A DNA stretch of 62,967 nucleotides, counting the filler. It is 9 parts of 9 records of this genome, joined end to end, with 100 filler letters (N's around TTAATTAATTAA, not from the genome) between each part and the next. Parts side by side here need not be neighbours in the genome. Positions count along the whole stretch, not along the records: positions 38,073 to 47,380 come from SRR31156797_88532; positions 47,481 to 55,371 come from SRR31156797_88645; 7 more parts are not named here. One strand, 5' to 3'. Positions 40,180 through 49,061 of the stretch are shown here, one piece after another. The notes under the pieces are model-generated. The model was not told the DNA's origin and ran no database searches. It worked only from the letters and a program-made list of their open reading frames with translations. The translations under genes and the position numbers were made by a program. Numbering within the stretch: the first letter of the stretch is position 1; every line of letters begins with the position of its first letter.

Positions 40180-41196
40180 CTAGTTGGATGCTTTGTCGAT
40201 CTCAGCTTTCAGCATGTCAATGATTTCAGAACCGATCTCCGCTTCAATCATTTCCCAGACATCACTGGTTCTGTCCTGAAACGCCTTCTTCTCAGCCTGA
40301 GTCAGCTCAACGACGGTTCCGCCCTGTGCCTTGATCTCTTCCAGGTTTTCCTTTGTTGCGATTCTGTTCAGCTCTCGTACCCTGGCCCCCGTAGCCTTTG
40401 CGGCTTCCCGGATGACAGCCTGGTCCGCTTCGGAGACTGTCTCCCAAACGGGCTTGCTCACAAGAAACATCAAGGGGGCATAGATATGACCGGTCGTCGT
40501 GACATAGGGATTAACCTCGTGAATCCCTGCGGAGAAAAAGTTGGGTACCGGATTCTCCTGACCATCAATAGCACCCTGCTCAAGGGAGATGAATACCTCT
40601 CCCCAGGACATGGGAGTAGGGTTGGCACCCATCGCTTCCCAGGCTGCCAGGTGAAACTTATTCGCCATGGTCCTGATCTTCAGACCTTGAAGGTCCGCCG
40701 GAGTTCTAACAGGTTTGACACTGTTTGTGAGGTGCCTGAATCCGAACTCCCACCAACCCAGGTTCACAAGATTCTTGGACGGCATCCGGGCGGAAAGATA
40801 CTCTCCCACTTCACTGTCCAGAACCTGATCGGCAATGCCGTCGCTGGTAAAAAGAAATGGCAGATCGAATATGGCAAGCTCTTTGATCATCCCTGTCAGA
40901 GGCGCTGTCGATGTAACGCACATCTCAAGGGTTCCCGCTCTCAGACCTTCTACCGCTTTGGTGTCATCTCCCAACTGTGCGCTGGAATACACTTCCACAT
41001 CGTAACGTCCTTCGGTTCCTTCCTCGACGGCGGTCTCGAACTTTTCAACCAGTGCGAGATAAACAGGATGCTTATCGCTTACACCCAGGCTTATCTTCAG
41101 GATCTTAGGTCCCGTTTCTCCCTGTCCATTGGCATATACACTCATTGCTGCCAATCCAATCATTAAAACCAAACAAACTATCAGCCGCTTCCTCAC
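40180..41196 (-). CDS. dctP: TRAP substrate-binding protein
   Basis: FDLPFLF, GFRH, GLKIR, IDGQEN; spirochaete-style ANGQGE signal region. Confidence 0.92.
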   Translation of the reverse strand: MRKRLIVCLVLMIGLAAMSVYANGQGETGPKILKISLGVSDKHPVYLALVEKFETAVEEGTEGRYDVEVYSSAQLGDDTKAVEGLRAGTLEMCVTSTAPLTGMIKELAIFDLPFLFTSDGIADQVLDSEVGEYLSARMPSKNLVNLGWWEFGFRHLTNSVKPVRTPADLQGLKIRTMANKFHLAAWEAMGANPTPMSWGEVFISLEQGAIDGQENPVPNFFSAGIHEVNPYVTTTGHIYAPLMFLVSKPVWETVSEADQAVIREAAKATGARVRELNRIATKENLEEIKAQGGTVVELTQAEKKAFQDRTSDVWEMIEAEIGSEIIDMLKAEIDKASN

Positions 41197-41288
41197 TACG
41201 ACCCTCCTCCAATATATCCGGTTACCCGGTGTTAACAGCGCTGCTGTTATTTACGAAAATACGATATCTTATCAACCCTCTGGTTCGT

Positions 41289-42560
41289 TTAAACCAGGTT
41301 GGGAATGATCAGAACCAGATTCGGAAAATAAGAAATCAGAAACAGTACGACGACCATAACGATCACAAAAGGGAATACGGCCTTTGACAGATCAGCCATC
41401 TCAATCTTGGACAGACCGCAGCCGGCATACAGAACATTACCGACAGGAGGTGTCGCGAGCCCGATGCACAGGTTGACCGTCATGATGACACCGAACCATA
41501 TGGGGCTCAGCCCATATGACACCACCAGGGGAAGCAGGATGGGCGTGAGAATGATAATGGAGGGACCCATATCCATCACGCAGCCTACAAGTAGCAGAAG
41601 GATATTAATCAGAAAGATAACTCCATAGACATTATCCGTAACGGAAGTGATGGCACTGGACAACAGCTCAGGAATATGGGCTATGGTGATAAAATACGCA
41701 GCGGCCATTGCGCCTCCGACAACCAGCATAATCGTGGACGTATCTTTAGCAGCACTCACCAGTATATCAGGCATATCACCGATTCTCAGCTCTTTATAGA
41801 CGAACTTCGCAACGACGAAGGCATAGACCACAGCCACGACCGAGGCCTCGGTGGGCGTAACCACGCCGCTGATGATCGTTCCCATAATGATAAAGGGAAG
41901 GAGCAGGGCCCATATGGAACTCTTTGTTGCGACAAGGATCTGCCTGAAGGTTGACTTCTCGCTTTTTCTCAGATGATGTTTCCTGGAATAGATATACCAG
42001 GCGATCATCAGAGCGACGCCAATCAGAACCCCCGGAATGATCCCTCCCAGGAAGAGCTTAGCGATGGAAACCTCAGCAATGACGCCGTACATGATCAAAG
42101 GAACGCTGGGCGGGATGATAGGCCCGATGCAGCCTGAAGCACAGACCAAAGCCGTACTCTTATGGACGTTATACCCATCTTTTTTCATAATGGGCAGAAT
42201 GACCGAACCCACAGCTGTAGTATCCGCTACGGCCGAACCAGAAACACCTGCGAAGATCATGCTTGACAGTACGGCGACATAGCCGATACCTCCGGTGACA
42301 TGGCCGTAGATCGCGTTCGCAAACCCGACAATGCGGCTGGAGATCCCGCCCTTGTTCATGATCTCACCTGCCAGCATGAAGAAGGGAATCGCCAGAAGGG
42401 AAAAGTTATCGATACCTCCGACAAGACCTTGGGTGATGATCTGGGGAGAGACTCCCGGCCCGAAGAAGCCAAGCACAACGGCTGTTCCGACCAGACACAT
42501 CCCGATAGGAATGCCCACGGCGATCAGGGAGAAAAGACTAACCAGAAACAATGCCAACAT
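41289..42560 (-). CDS. dctM: TRAP large permease
   Basis: LLAIPFFMLAG, SGSAVAD, IIPPS, TPTEA, TPPVG. Confidence 0.93.
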   Translation of the reverse strand: MLALFLVSLFSLIAVGIPIGMCLVGTAVVLGFFGPGVSPQIITQGLVGGIDNFSLLAIPFFMLAGEIMNKGGISSRIVGFANAIYGHVTGGIGYVAVLSSMIFAGVSGSAVADTTAVGSVILPIMKKDGYNVHKSTALVCASGCIGPIIPPSVPLIMYGVIAEVSIAKLFLGGIIPGVLIGVALMIAWYIYSRKHHLRKSEKSTFRQILVATKSSIWALLLPFIIMGTIISGVVTPTEASVVAVVYAFVVAKFVYKELRIGDMPDILVSAAKDTSTIMLVVGGAMAAAYFITIAHIPELLSSAITSVTDNVYGVIFLINILLLLVGCVMDMGPSIIILTPILLPLVVSYGLSPIWFGVIMTVNLCIGLATPPVGNVLYAGCGLSKIEMADLSKAVFPFVIVMVVVLFLISYFPNLVLIIPNLV

Positions 42561-43048
42561 CACTTGGTCTCCTTTATCAGTTTCATAATGTTCGATACCA
42601 GAAATCCGGCACACAGAATCCCGATGGTGGCGAATGCGACGGGTACGATGAGATAGACCGCGCCATAGGGAATTTCAAGAGCCGGCGTAAGCCAGTCCAT
42701 ATTCATGGAGACCATTATGAATCCCCCTTTGAACAGGAGCACAAGAAGCCCCAGAATGATCAGGTCGCCCACGATCACGAGGATACGGGAAGCCCTTTTG
42801 GGTACAGAGTTCAAAACCAGTCTGAACTTCATATGGCTGTCGGTCTGAAAAGCAAGTATCGCACCAAGAAATGAAGTCCAGATAAAGAGGAATCTGGAAC
42901 CTTCGTCTCCCCAGGGAATAGATTTACCAAGGGCATACCGTCCTATGCTGTTGAAGAAAACAATGAATACCAATGCGATCATCAGGATGATCAACATGAA
43001 TTTAATAACTCTGGTTAGCGTATCATTGAACTTATCCCATATATCCAT
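42560..43048 (-). CDS. dctQ: TRAP small permease (start MDIWDKF)
   Basis: Four TM segments, RY...W.DE.SR; AAGGAG RBS. Confidence 0.88.
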   Translation of the reverse strand: MDIWDKFNDTLTRVIKFMLIILMIALVFIVFFNSIGRYALGKSIPWGDEGSRFLFIWTSFLGAILAFQTDSHMKFRLVLNSVPKRASRILVIVGDLIILGLLVLLFKGGFIMVSMNMDWLTPALEIPYGAVYLIVPVAFATIGILCAGFLVSNIMKLIKETK

Positions 43049-43073
43049 AACTAGCTCCTTTGAACCGACAGGG

Positions 43074-44135
43074 TCAGTAAACATACCGCCTGGCGACTTC
43101 CACCATTTTTTTGATATTCTCTTTCGGGGCCTGAAGAGGGACTTCGCAACCCGAGCCGAGAATAAACCCTCCGTCCTTACCGGCCTTCTCAATACAGTCG
43201 ACAGACGCTTTTTCCACATCCTCCGGGCTTCCCTGGAGGATGGTCCCCGATGGATCCAGGTTCCCCATCAAACAGATCTTACCACCCAGTTTTTCCCTGG
43301 CGGTGGCGATGTCTACCTTGTAATCGACTTCATAGCAGTCGGTTCCAGTCCGGCCGTAAAAATCCAAAACCTGCGTATTGTCTCCGCAGATATGGAGCAG
43401 CCCGTAGGCATCATACTCTTCGGCCGTACGCCTTATGCCGGCGAAGACCTTTTGCTCATAGGGGAGGATATACTTCTCATAGATCTCAGGGCTGACCACA
43501 TCCAGGGAGGCCAGCGAGTCGCCGCACATAACCAAATGCGCTCCTGCTTTGATCTCGGCAATCAGGAATTTAGTCAGGGCTTCTGTGCAAATCTCCATGA
43601 TGTCATGAATAGCTCTTTTGTCGTAGCCGGGCACATCGTATTCCGCATAGGTCACGCCGTAAATGAATTTCTCGGTACCGATCAGATGGGAGGCCAGCGA
43701 GAAGGGACCGGTTCCGCAGCCGCGGATGGCAACCTCCTTTCCGATCTTCTCTGATATTCTGGAAATCGCTTCAAGATAAACAGGCATTCTGCCGTCCGAA
43801 TAAGGATCGGGCACTTTCAGCTTCGGAATATCCTTAAAATCTTCGATGGCTCCCTTTTCAAAAGTAGGCGTGGCGTCCTCATAGTGCGTGCTTTCGGTTC
43901 CGAAGCCTTCGGCGATATAGTAGTTATCCGATTGCATGATTACTATATCCTGTCCGTATTCCTCCAAAGCGAACATCTGCGCATCTACCATCTTCTCGCT
44001 ATTTGTGTAGTAAGCCCCAAGTGGGATCCCTGCTATGGCTGCAGCGTGATTACCCATGAATGTCCCCACGGGAACAACATCTGGCTTTTCAAGGTTCAAT
44101 GCCTTTTTAACTCTTTCCAGTGATGTCAGTGCCAT
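43074..44135 (-). CDS. UroD/MtaA-CmuA family (cobamide methyltransferase-like) protein
   Basis: GPFSLA, LHICGD, GNLDP, GSGCEVP: Zn-binding HxC...C of MT2 enzymes. Confidence 0.85.
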   Translation of the reverse strand: MALTSLERVKKALNLEKPDVVPVGTFMGNHAAAIAGIPLGAYYTNSEKMVDAQMFALEEYGQDIVIMQSDNYYIAEGFGTESTHYEDATPTFEKGAIEDFKDIPKLKVPDPYSDGRMPVYLEAISRISEKIGKEVAIRGCGTGPFSLASHLIGTEKFIYGVTYAEYDVPGYDKRAIHDIMEICTEALTKFLIAEIKAGAHLVMCGDSLASLDVVSPEIYEKYILPYEQKVFAGIRRTAEEYDAYGLLHICGDNTQVLDFYGRTGTDCYEVDYKVDIATAREKLGGKICLMGNLDPSGTILQGSPEDVEKASVDCIEKAGKDGGFILGSGCEVPLQAPKENIKKMVEVARRYVY

Positions 44136-44160
44136 TTTATCTCTCCTTTTGCAAGACCCG

Positions 44161-45309
44161 TTACCACTCGACGACCGTACCGTCGACGGAGCGCCATACG
44201 GGGTTCTTCCAGTCATGGCCGATCTTTGCCATTTCCTTAACTTTCTCTTCATTGATATCAACACCGAGACCCGGCCCAGTCAAAAGAGAAACATATCCGT
44301 CTTTGTAGTGGAAAACAGAAGGATCGGTCAGGTAGTCCAGGAGATCCGATCCCTGATTGTAATGGATCCCCAGACTCTGTTCCTGGATAAAGGCGTTGGG
44401 GGTACAGAAATCGAGTTGCAGACAGGATGCCAGAGCAATGGGTCCGAGAGGACAGTGAGGGGCCACAGCGACATCATAGGCCTCTGCCATAGATGCGATT
44501 TTTTTTGTTTCCAGGATTCCCCCTGCATGGGAGAGATCCGGCTGGATGATATCGATCCCCCCTCCGGTGATCATGGATTTGAACCCCCATCTCATATAGT
44601 TGCGCTCTCCCGATGAAAGAGGTGTGGAGGTGTACTTTTTCAAGTCGATAAAACCTTCTTCGTTCTCCGTCAGCAGAGGCTCTTCTATGAACATGAGGTG
44701 ATAGGGATTTAGCTCCTGCAGGATGAGGGGGACCATGGGCTTTCTGATCCTTCCATGAAAGTCGAGGGCGATATCCAGATCGTAACCGAAGGCATCCCTG
44801 AGAGCCGCCACTCGATTCACGATCTTCTCCACGTCCTTATACGACTCGATCCAGCCCATCTCTGAGCTGCCATTCATCTTAATAGCGGAATAGCCCTCGT
44901 TTATCTTTTCCCGTGCCTGTTCGACCACCTCGTCGGGCTTGTCCCCCCCGATCCAGCAGTAAACGCGGATCTTATCCCTGACCGGGCCCCCCAGAAGCTC
45001 GTAAACGGGAACGCCCAGAGCCTTGCCCTTGATATCCCAGAGAGCCTGCTCTATACCGGAGATCGCACTGGACAATATGGGTCCGCCTCTGTAGAAACCG
45101 CCGCGATACATGACCTGGAAAAGGTCTTCGATATGCCCGGCGTTCCTGCCGACCAGACAGTATTCCATCTCTTTAACGGCAGCCCCTACGGAATCAGTCC
45201 TCCCCTCTATCACAGGTTCGCCCCATCCGACCAAACCCGATTCAGTAGTTATTTTTACAAACTGCCACCGGGGGGGGACTTTAAATAATTCTATTTTCCT
45301 GATTTTCAT
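44161..45309 (-). CDS. dgoD: Galactonate dehydratase
   Basis: VPPRW, GWGEP, FYRGGP, DFHGR, QPDLSHAGG, PHCPLGP, QEQSLGIHYN. Confidence 0.93.
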   Translation of the reverse strand: MKIRKIELFKVPPRWQFVKITTESGLVGWGEPVIEGRTDSVGAAVKEMEYCLVGRNAGHIEDLFQVMYRGGFYRGGPILSSAISGIEQALWDIKGKALGVPVYELLGGPVRDKIRVYCWIGGDKPDEVVEQAREKINEGYSAIKMNGSSEMGWIESYKDVEKIVNRVAALRDAFGYDLDIALDFHGRIRKPMVPLILQELNPYHLMFIEEPLLTENEEGFIDLKKYTSTPLSSGERNYMRWGFKSMITGGGIDIIQPDLSHAGGILETKKIASMAEAYDVAVAPHCPLGPIALASCLQLDFCTPNAFIQEQSLGIHYNQGSDLLDYLTDPSVFHYKDGYVSLLTGPGLGVDINEEKVKEMAKIGHDWKNPVWRSVDGTVVEW

Positions 45310-45330
45310 ATCTTACTTCCTTGCGCATCT

Positions 45331-45351
45331 TGTTGGTTGTTCTACAAGTTG
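45331..45351. promoter_or_regulatory. FadR/DgoR-type operator, copy upstream of dgoD
   Basis: TGTTGGTTGTTCTACAAGTTG, exact reverse complement of 46078-46098. Confidence 0.7.
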
Positions 45352-45368
45352 ACTTAAATAAAAGAGTA

Positions 45369-46064
45369 TCATTCTATCCGCTCTTTAAGCATATGCAGGC
45401 TCATGCCGATGTTCCTGCTTGTCAACAGCTGCGCCATTTCGGGATCCTTGTCCGCAATGGCCTTGTAAATCATTTCATGCCCGCTGATACTGATCTCAGT
45501 ACCGAGGTCATGACTCATTTTAAGAAAATGCTCATAAATGACATCTTCCAGGATCTTATACATTCTCAGGAAATATCTGTTTCCCGACGCCTCTGCCACG
45601 GCGACATGGAACTGATAATCCGCCTTGGCGTGCTCCACGTAATCATCCAGGCTGTTTCTCATATGATCGAGGGCACCCTTAATCTTTTGCAGCTGCTTCT
45701 CATCACGATTAATCGCAGCGTGGTATACACTTCCCATCTCAACTGTCTTTCTGAACTGGGCAAGCTCAAGAACCTCTTCGTTACTGAGCATAAGGGGCGG
45801 AAGAATGGAATTCAGTACATTATCCACTGCGCTGTCACTGACGAAGGTTCCCTGTCCCTGATGTGTGACGATAACCCCCATCCCCTTCAACTTCTGAAGA
45901 GCGCTCCTTAAAGTATTCCGACTCACATCGAATTGCTTCGACAGTTCGTTTTCGGAAGGAAGCTTGTCTCCCGGCTTCCATTTTCCGGACCTGATCATGT
46001 TCTCAAGCTGGTTAAACACCTCTTCCACGATATTCGTTTTACTGATGGATACTATATCTTTCAT
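45369..46064 (-). CDS. GntR/FadR family regulator (DgoR-like)
   Basis: PGDKLPSENEL...VSR..LR.AL...G.GTFV; FCD domain D..FH. Confidence 0.92.
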   Translation of the reverse strand: MKDIVSISKTNIVEEVFNQLENMIRSGKWKPGDKLPSENELSKQFDVSRNTLRSALQKLKGMGVIVTHQGQGTFVSDSAVDNVLNSILPPLMLSNEEVLELAQFRKTVEMGSVYHAAINRDEKQLQKIKGALDHMRNSLDDYVEHAKADYQFHVAVAEASGNRYFLRMYKILEDVIYEHFLKMSHDLGTEISISGHEMIYKAIADKDPEMAQLLTSRNIGMSLHMLKERIE

Positions 46065-46077
46065 ATTCGTCTCAAGC

Positions 46078-46135
46078 CAACTTGTAGAACAACCAACATG
46101 GCTTTGATATTAAACCTACCTATTTCAGCTGTCAA
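46078..46135 (-). promoter_or_regulatory. Sigma70 promoter plus downstream operator of the gntR-dgoD operon
   Basis: Minus strand TTGACA (46135-46130), 17 nt, TAATAT (46112-46107), then operator at 46098-46078. Confidence 0.75.
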
Positions 46136-46173
46136 GAGAAACTCATAAATTTATATTCATAATAGCATCTCAT

Positions 46174-46698
46174 TTAAAGATTCCCCAGATAGCGGGCTGT
46201 GTTCACATTCCTGACGGTCATGAATTGATACAGCCTATGCCCCGCCAGCTTGCTCAGACGGCTTCTGTTGTTATCTTTCCGGTCCATATTCCAGATGAGA
46301 GCCCCCTTCACATATCGGATATCCATGCACTCCCGGTTCACGGGAAGTTCACTGGCGATCTCCGGGCTGTCGATCTCGGGAAAGAGATAGGCCGCATCGC
46401 TGCGCTGATCCGAATCGTTTTTCCATGTGGGGGGAAACGCATCGGCGACGGCCCTCATCTCCTCTGCCGTCTTTATCAGCAGGGGGATCCGGAGGCCGAA
46501 CTCCTCCCGTATAAGATCATGGATCTCAGGGACAAGGGAGCCCCTCTCCTTCTCCGAGTCGAAGATCAGATTTCCCGAATTCAGATAGGTCGCGACGGCC
46601 GTAAAGCCCCTGGACTCGAGAAGGGAACGGAGCCTTTTCATCTCCACCCTGTTCTTCCCTCCCACATTGATCCCTCTCAACAGGGTTACGTATTTCAC
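46174..46698 (-). CDS. DUF1697 family protein
   Basis: LLRGINVGG.N, TYLNSGN, T.RN.NT. Confidence 0.88.
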   Translation of the reverse strand: MKYVTLLRGINVGGKNRVEMKRLRSLLESRGFTAVATYLNSGNLIFDSEKERGSLVPEIHDLIREEFGLRIPLLIKTAEEMRAVADAFPPTWKNDSDQRSDAAYLFPEIDSPEIASELPVNRECMDIRYVKGALIWNMDRKDNNRSRLSKLAGHRLYQFMTVRNVNTARYLGNL

Positions 46699-46774
46699 TC
46701 TGCAAACCTCCCGATCCCGTCTTCTGACGACCGGATCGCTTGTGACATAAGAAAGATGCCTGTATCATCATAAC

Positions 46775-47380
46775 ATGATAGACAACTACCTGATCTATAT
46801 TGGCCTCGCCCTTACCATAACCATCATTCCCGGTCCCGCTGTCATCCTGACGATCAAGAACAGCGTCAGATACGGACCCGGGACGGCCATCGCCAATATC
46901 CTGGGCAATATGAGCGCCATGGTGACCCTGGCCTCGATCTCGGCCGCAGGATTGGGCGCGATCATCCTGGCGTCCTCCAGGCTCTTCGCCGCCATGAAGA
47001 TCACCGGCTGCCTCTATCTGATCTACCTGGGATACAAAACCCTGAAAGCGCCGGTGGAGGCCGCCGGTTCCACCGTCATGGCCGGAAGGGTAAAAGAGAC
47101 GGCATCATTCTTCCGGATCTACAAGACGGGACTGGGGGTCGGCCTTTCCAATCCCAAGGCCATAGCCTTCTTCACTGCCCTCTTCCCTCAGTTCATCAAT
47201 CCGGACAGGGCCTTTCTGCCCCAGTTTGCCACCCTCATCTTAACAATCGTGGGGATATCCTTTCTGGTCCTGTCGACCTATGCCATCCTGGCGGGGCTCG
47301 CCTCGGCCTGCCTGTCCAGAAGGGGCTCTATGATAGCCTTCAACCGGCTGAGCGCCGCGGCTTTCTTCGGCTTCGGTCTG
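46775..47380 (+). CDS. LysE/RhtB translocator, 3' truncated
   Basis: PGP, YL.YLG, NPKA..FF..LFPQF. Confidence 0.9.
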
Positions 47381-47480
47381 NNNNNNNNNNNNNNNNNNNN
47401 NNNNNNNNNNNNNNNNNNNNNNNNTTAATTAATTAANNNNNNNNNNNNNNNNNNNNNNNNNNNNNNNNNNNNNNNNNNNN

Positions 47481-47594
47481 ATAGATGATTTGGCATTAAT
47501 GGCAAACCTGGTGAGACAGCTGTACGTCTACACAACTTCTGATGTGATGGAACAGGTGGACGAGCTGATGCCGGAATGGGCAAAGGGGAAATAG
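47481..47594 (+). CDS. 3' end of a probable YkvA/DUF1232 protein
   Basis: IDDLALMANLVRQL...LMPEWAKGK*; DDL motif. Confidence 0.45.
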   Translation: MDDLALMANLVRQLYVYTTSDVMEQVDELMPEWAKGK

Positions 47595-47707
47595 CGTAAG
47601 CACAGTTAACCAAAAAACTCAAACAACATAATAACAAAAATTTCAGAGCAACGACTACAGAGCCCCGTGCCTTAACTGGTATGGGGTTTTTAGTTTCAGG
47701 AGGATTT

Positions 47708-48106
47708 ATGAAAATTCAGGACAAAGGATACGTGTTACCCGTCAGCAAAGAACTTGTAGATCTCTTAAACCGAGTGATCGAAAACTCAGGAAAGAATGGA
47801 AACGAGGCTTTATATCTCAATTTCAGAGATCCCGGATACTCCCCTGAAAATGGAGGATTCCATCCAGTGGAAATCATGGTCACAGAAGATGGCAAAATCC
47901 AATACATCACAGACTTTGCCTATGTAGGATATCCAGCAGAATTGGTTAAGGAAATCGACTTCGATTTTGCAGCAGGAGTTCTTCAGCATTTTGGCCAAGA
48001 GCGTTTCATCGGGCATAGCCACACCCTCTTCACTCTCTGGCAATTCAACTTCTGCACTTATTTCAAAATGGGCGTCTACGATATCACCGTCAAGGAGGTA
48101 TACTAA
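47708..48106 (+). CDS. DUF2787 family protein
   Basis: LNFRDP.YS.E.GGFHPVEI, YITDF.YVG...ELVKEIDFDF, LWQ.NF; AGGAGG RBS. Confidence 0.88.
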   Translation: MKIQDKGYVLPVSKELVDLLNRVIENSGKNGNEALYLNFRDPGYSPENGGFHPVEIMVTEDGKIQYITDFAYVGYPAELVKEIDFDFAAGVLQHFGQERFIGHSHTLFTLWQFNFCTYFKMGVYDITVKEVY

Positions 48107-48525
48107 TGGCTATCAACAATAAAGAAATTATTCTAACCCATGAATTCGTCAAACAAGAATTTAAAGATGTTGGCGAAAATATAAATAAAAATCTTTCAAC
48201 AATCAAAATGACCTTAACCAGGGATACCCACACTGAATCTGTTGATCTTGAAATCCGCATCTATGGAAAAGATCATGATGTAGATTCCGATCCGATTGTT
48301 CAACGCCTATATTCTGGAGAATCGGATATCTTCGATGCAGGTATGTTAAGGACTGGAGGGGCAGTGGCACCGTATAGGGTACTCTCTCTATTCGATCAAA
48401 GGTTATTGGATCTGTTTATCAACTCCAAAATCAAAATCCATTGGAATGAGGGTGATGATACCCACGCCGAGCTTGATCCAGTGCCTCAAAAGAACATCGG
48501 TCTACTGTTTGTCCAGGACCAGTAA
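48106..48525 (+). CDS. Hypothetical protein coupled to DUF2787
   Basis: TAATG stop/start overlap; 139 aa. Confidence 0.7.
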   Translation: MAINNKEIILTHEFVKQEFKDVGENINKNLSTIKMTLTRDTHTESVDLEIRIYGKDHDVDSDPIVQRLYSGESDIFDAGMLRTGGAVAPYRVLSLFDQRLLDLFINSKIKIHWNEGDDTHAELDPVPQKNIGLLFVQDQ

Positions 48526-48535
48526 CATTCCAATA

Positions 48536-48650
48536 GGTTCAGATTGCGGGGTTTTTTGGCCGATTTCAGAGGATCATTCATCGGGGCATACCATTGGGTT
48601 GCGCCGGGGATGAACCTCTGGGATCGGTCAGAATAGCCGCAACCTGAACC
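48536..48650 (+). other. 115-nt imperfect hairpin (candidate structured RNA or ssDNA element)
   Basis: GGTTCAG/CTGAACC, TTGCGG/CCGCAA, TGGCCGATTTCAGAGG/CCTCTGGGATCGGTCA and inner stems. Confidence 0.65.
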
Positions 48651-49061
48651 ACTACTCTGATTAATCCCGCCCCCACCATTCTTGAAGGTCGCATTTCAAC
48701 ATCCACAGCCCACAGTATTGATCCGTTTTGGAATGCACAGAGCCAAGAACCCCACCTTCGCCATTTCGCCATTTTCCAATTTCAATAAAATGCAGAGTTA
48801 TCAATACCGTAAAACCACCAATGTCATCGGCACAGACGATTCTTCCGAAACGGTATTTCAATGTTTTCCGCAAGACTTACCCGTAGGTTCCCCCTCTCGG
48901 ACCCGTCATTGACCCGTAATTAAACGTTCAAATTAACAATGTATTGAGTGGCAAGGGATTCCGGCTACAGGCCCTCGGTCTTTTTCTCCCATGACAGCAA
49001 AACCACTCTATCCAGCTTGAAATTATCTAATCAGATTCAACATAATTTGGAGGACAAACCA

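Noticed and set aside
38621-43754. Antisense ORFs 38621-39703, 40486-41166, 42945-43754
   Set aside because: They are opposite-strand shadows of acuI, dctP and the methyltransferase-like gene.
48536-48650. SRP (4.5S) or 6S RNA
   Set aside because: No GNRA/GGAA tetraloop with SRP helix-8 motif and no central 6S bubble; it sits inside a mobile element.
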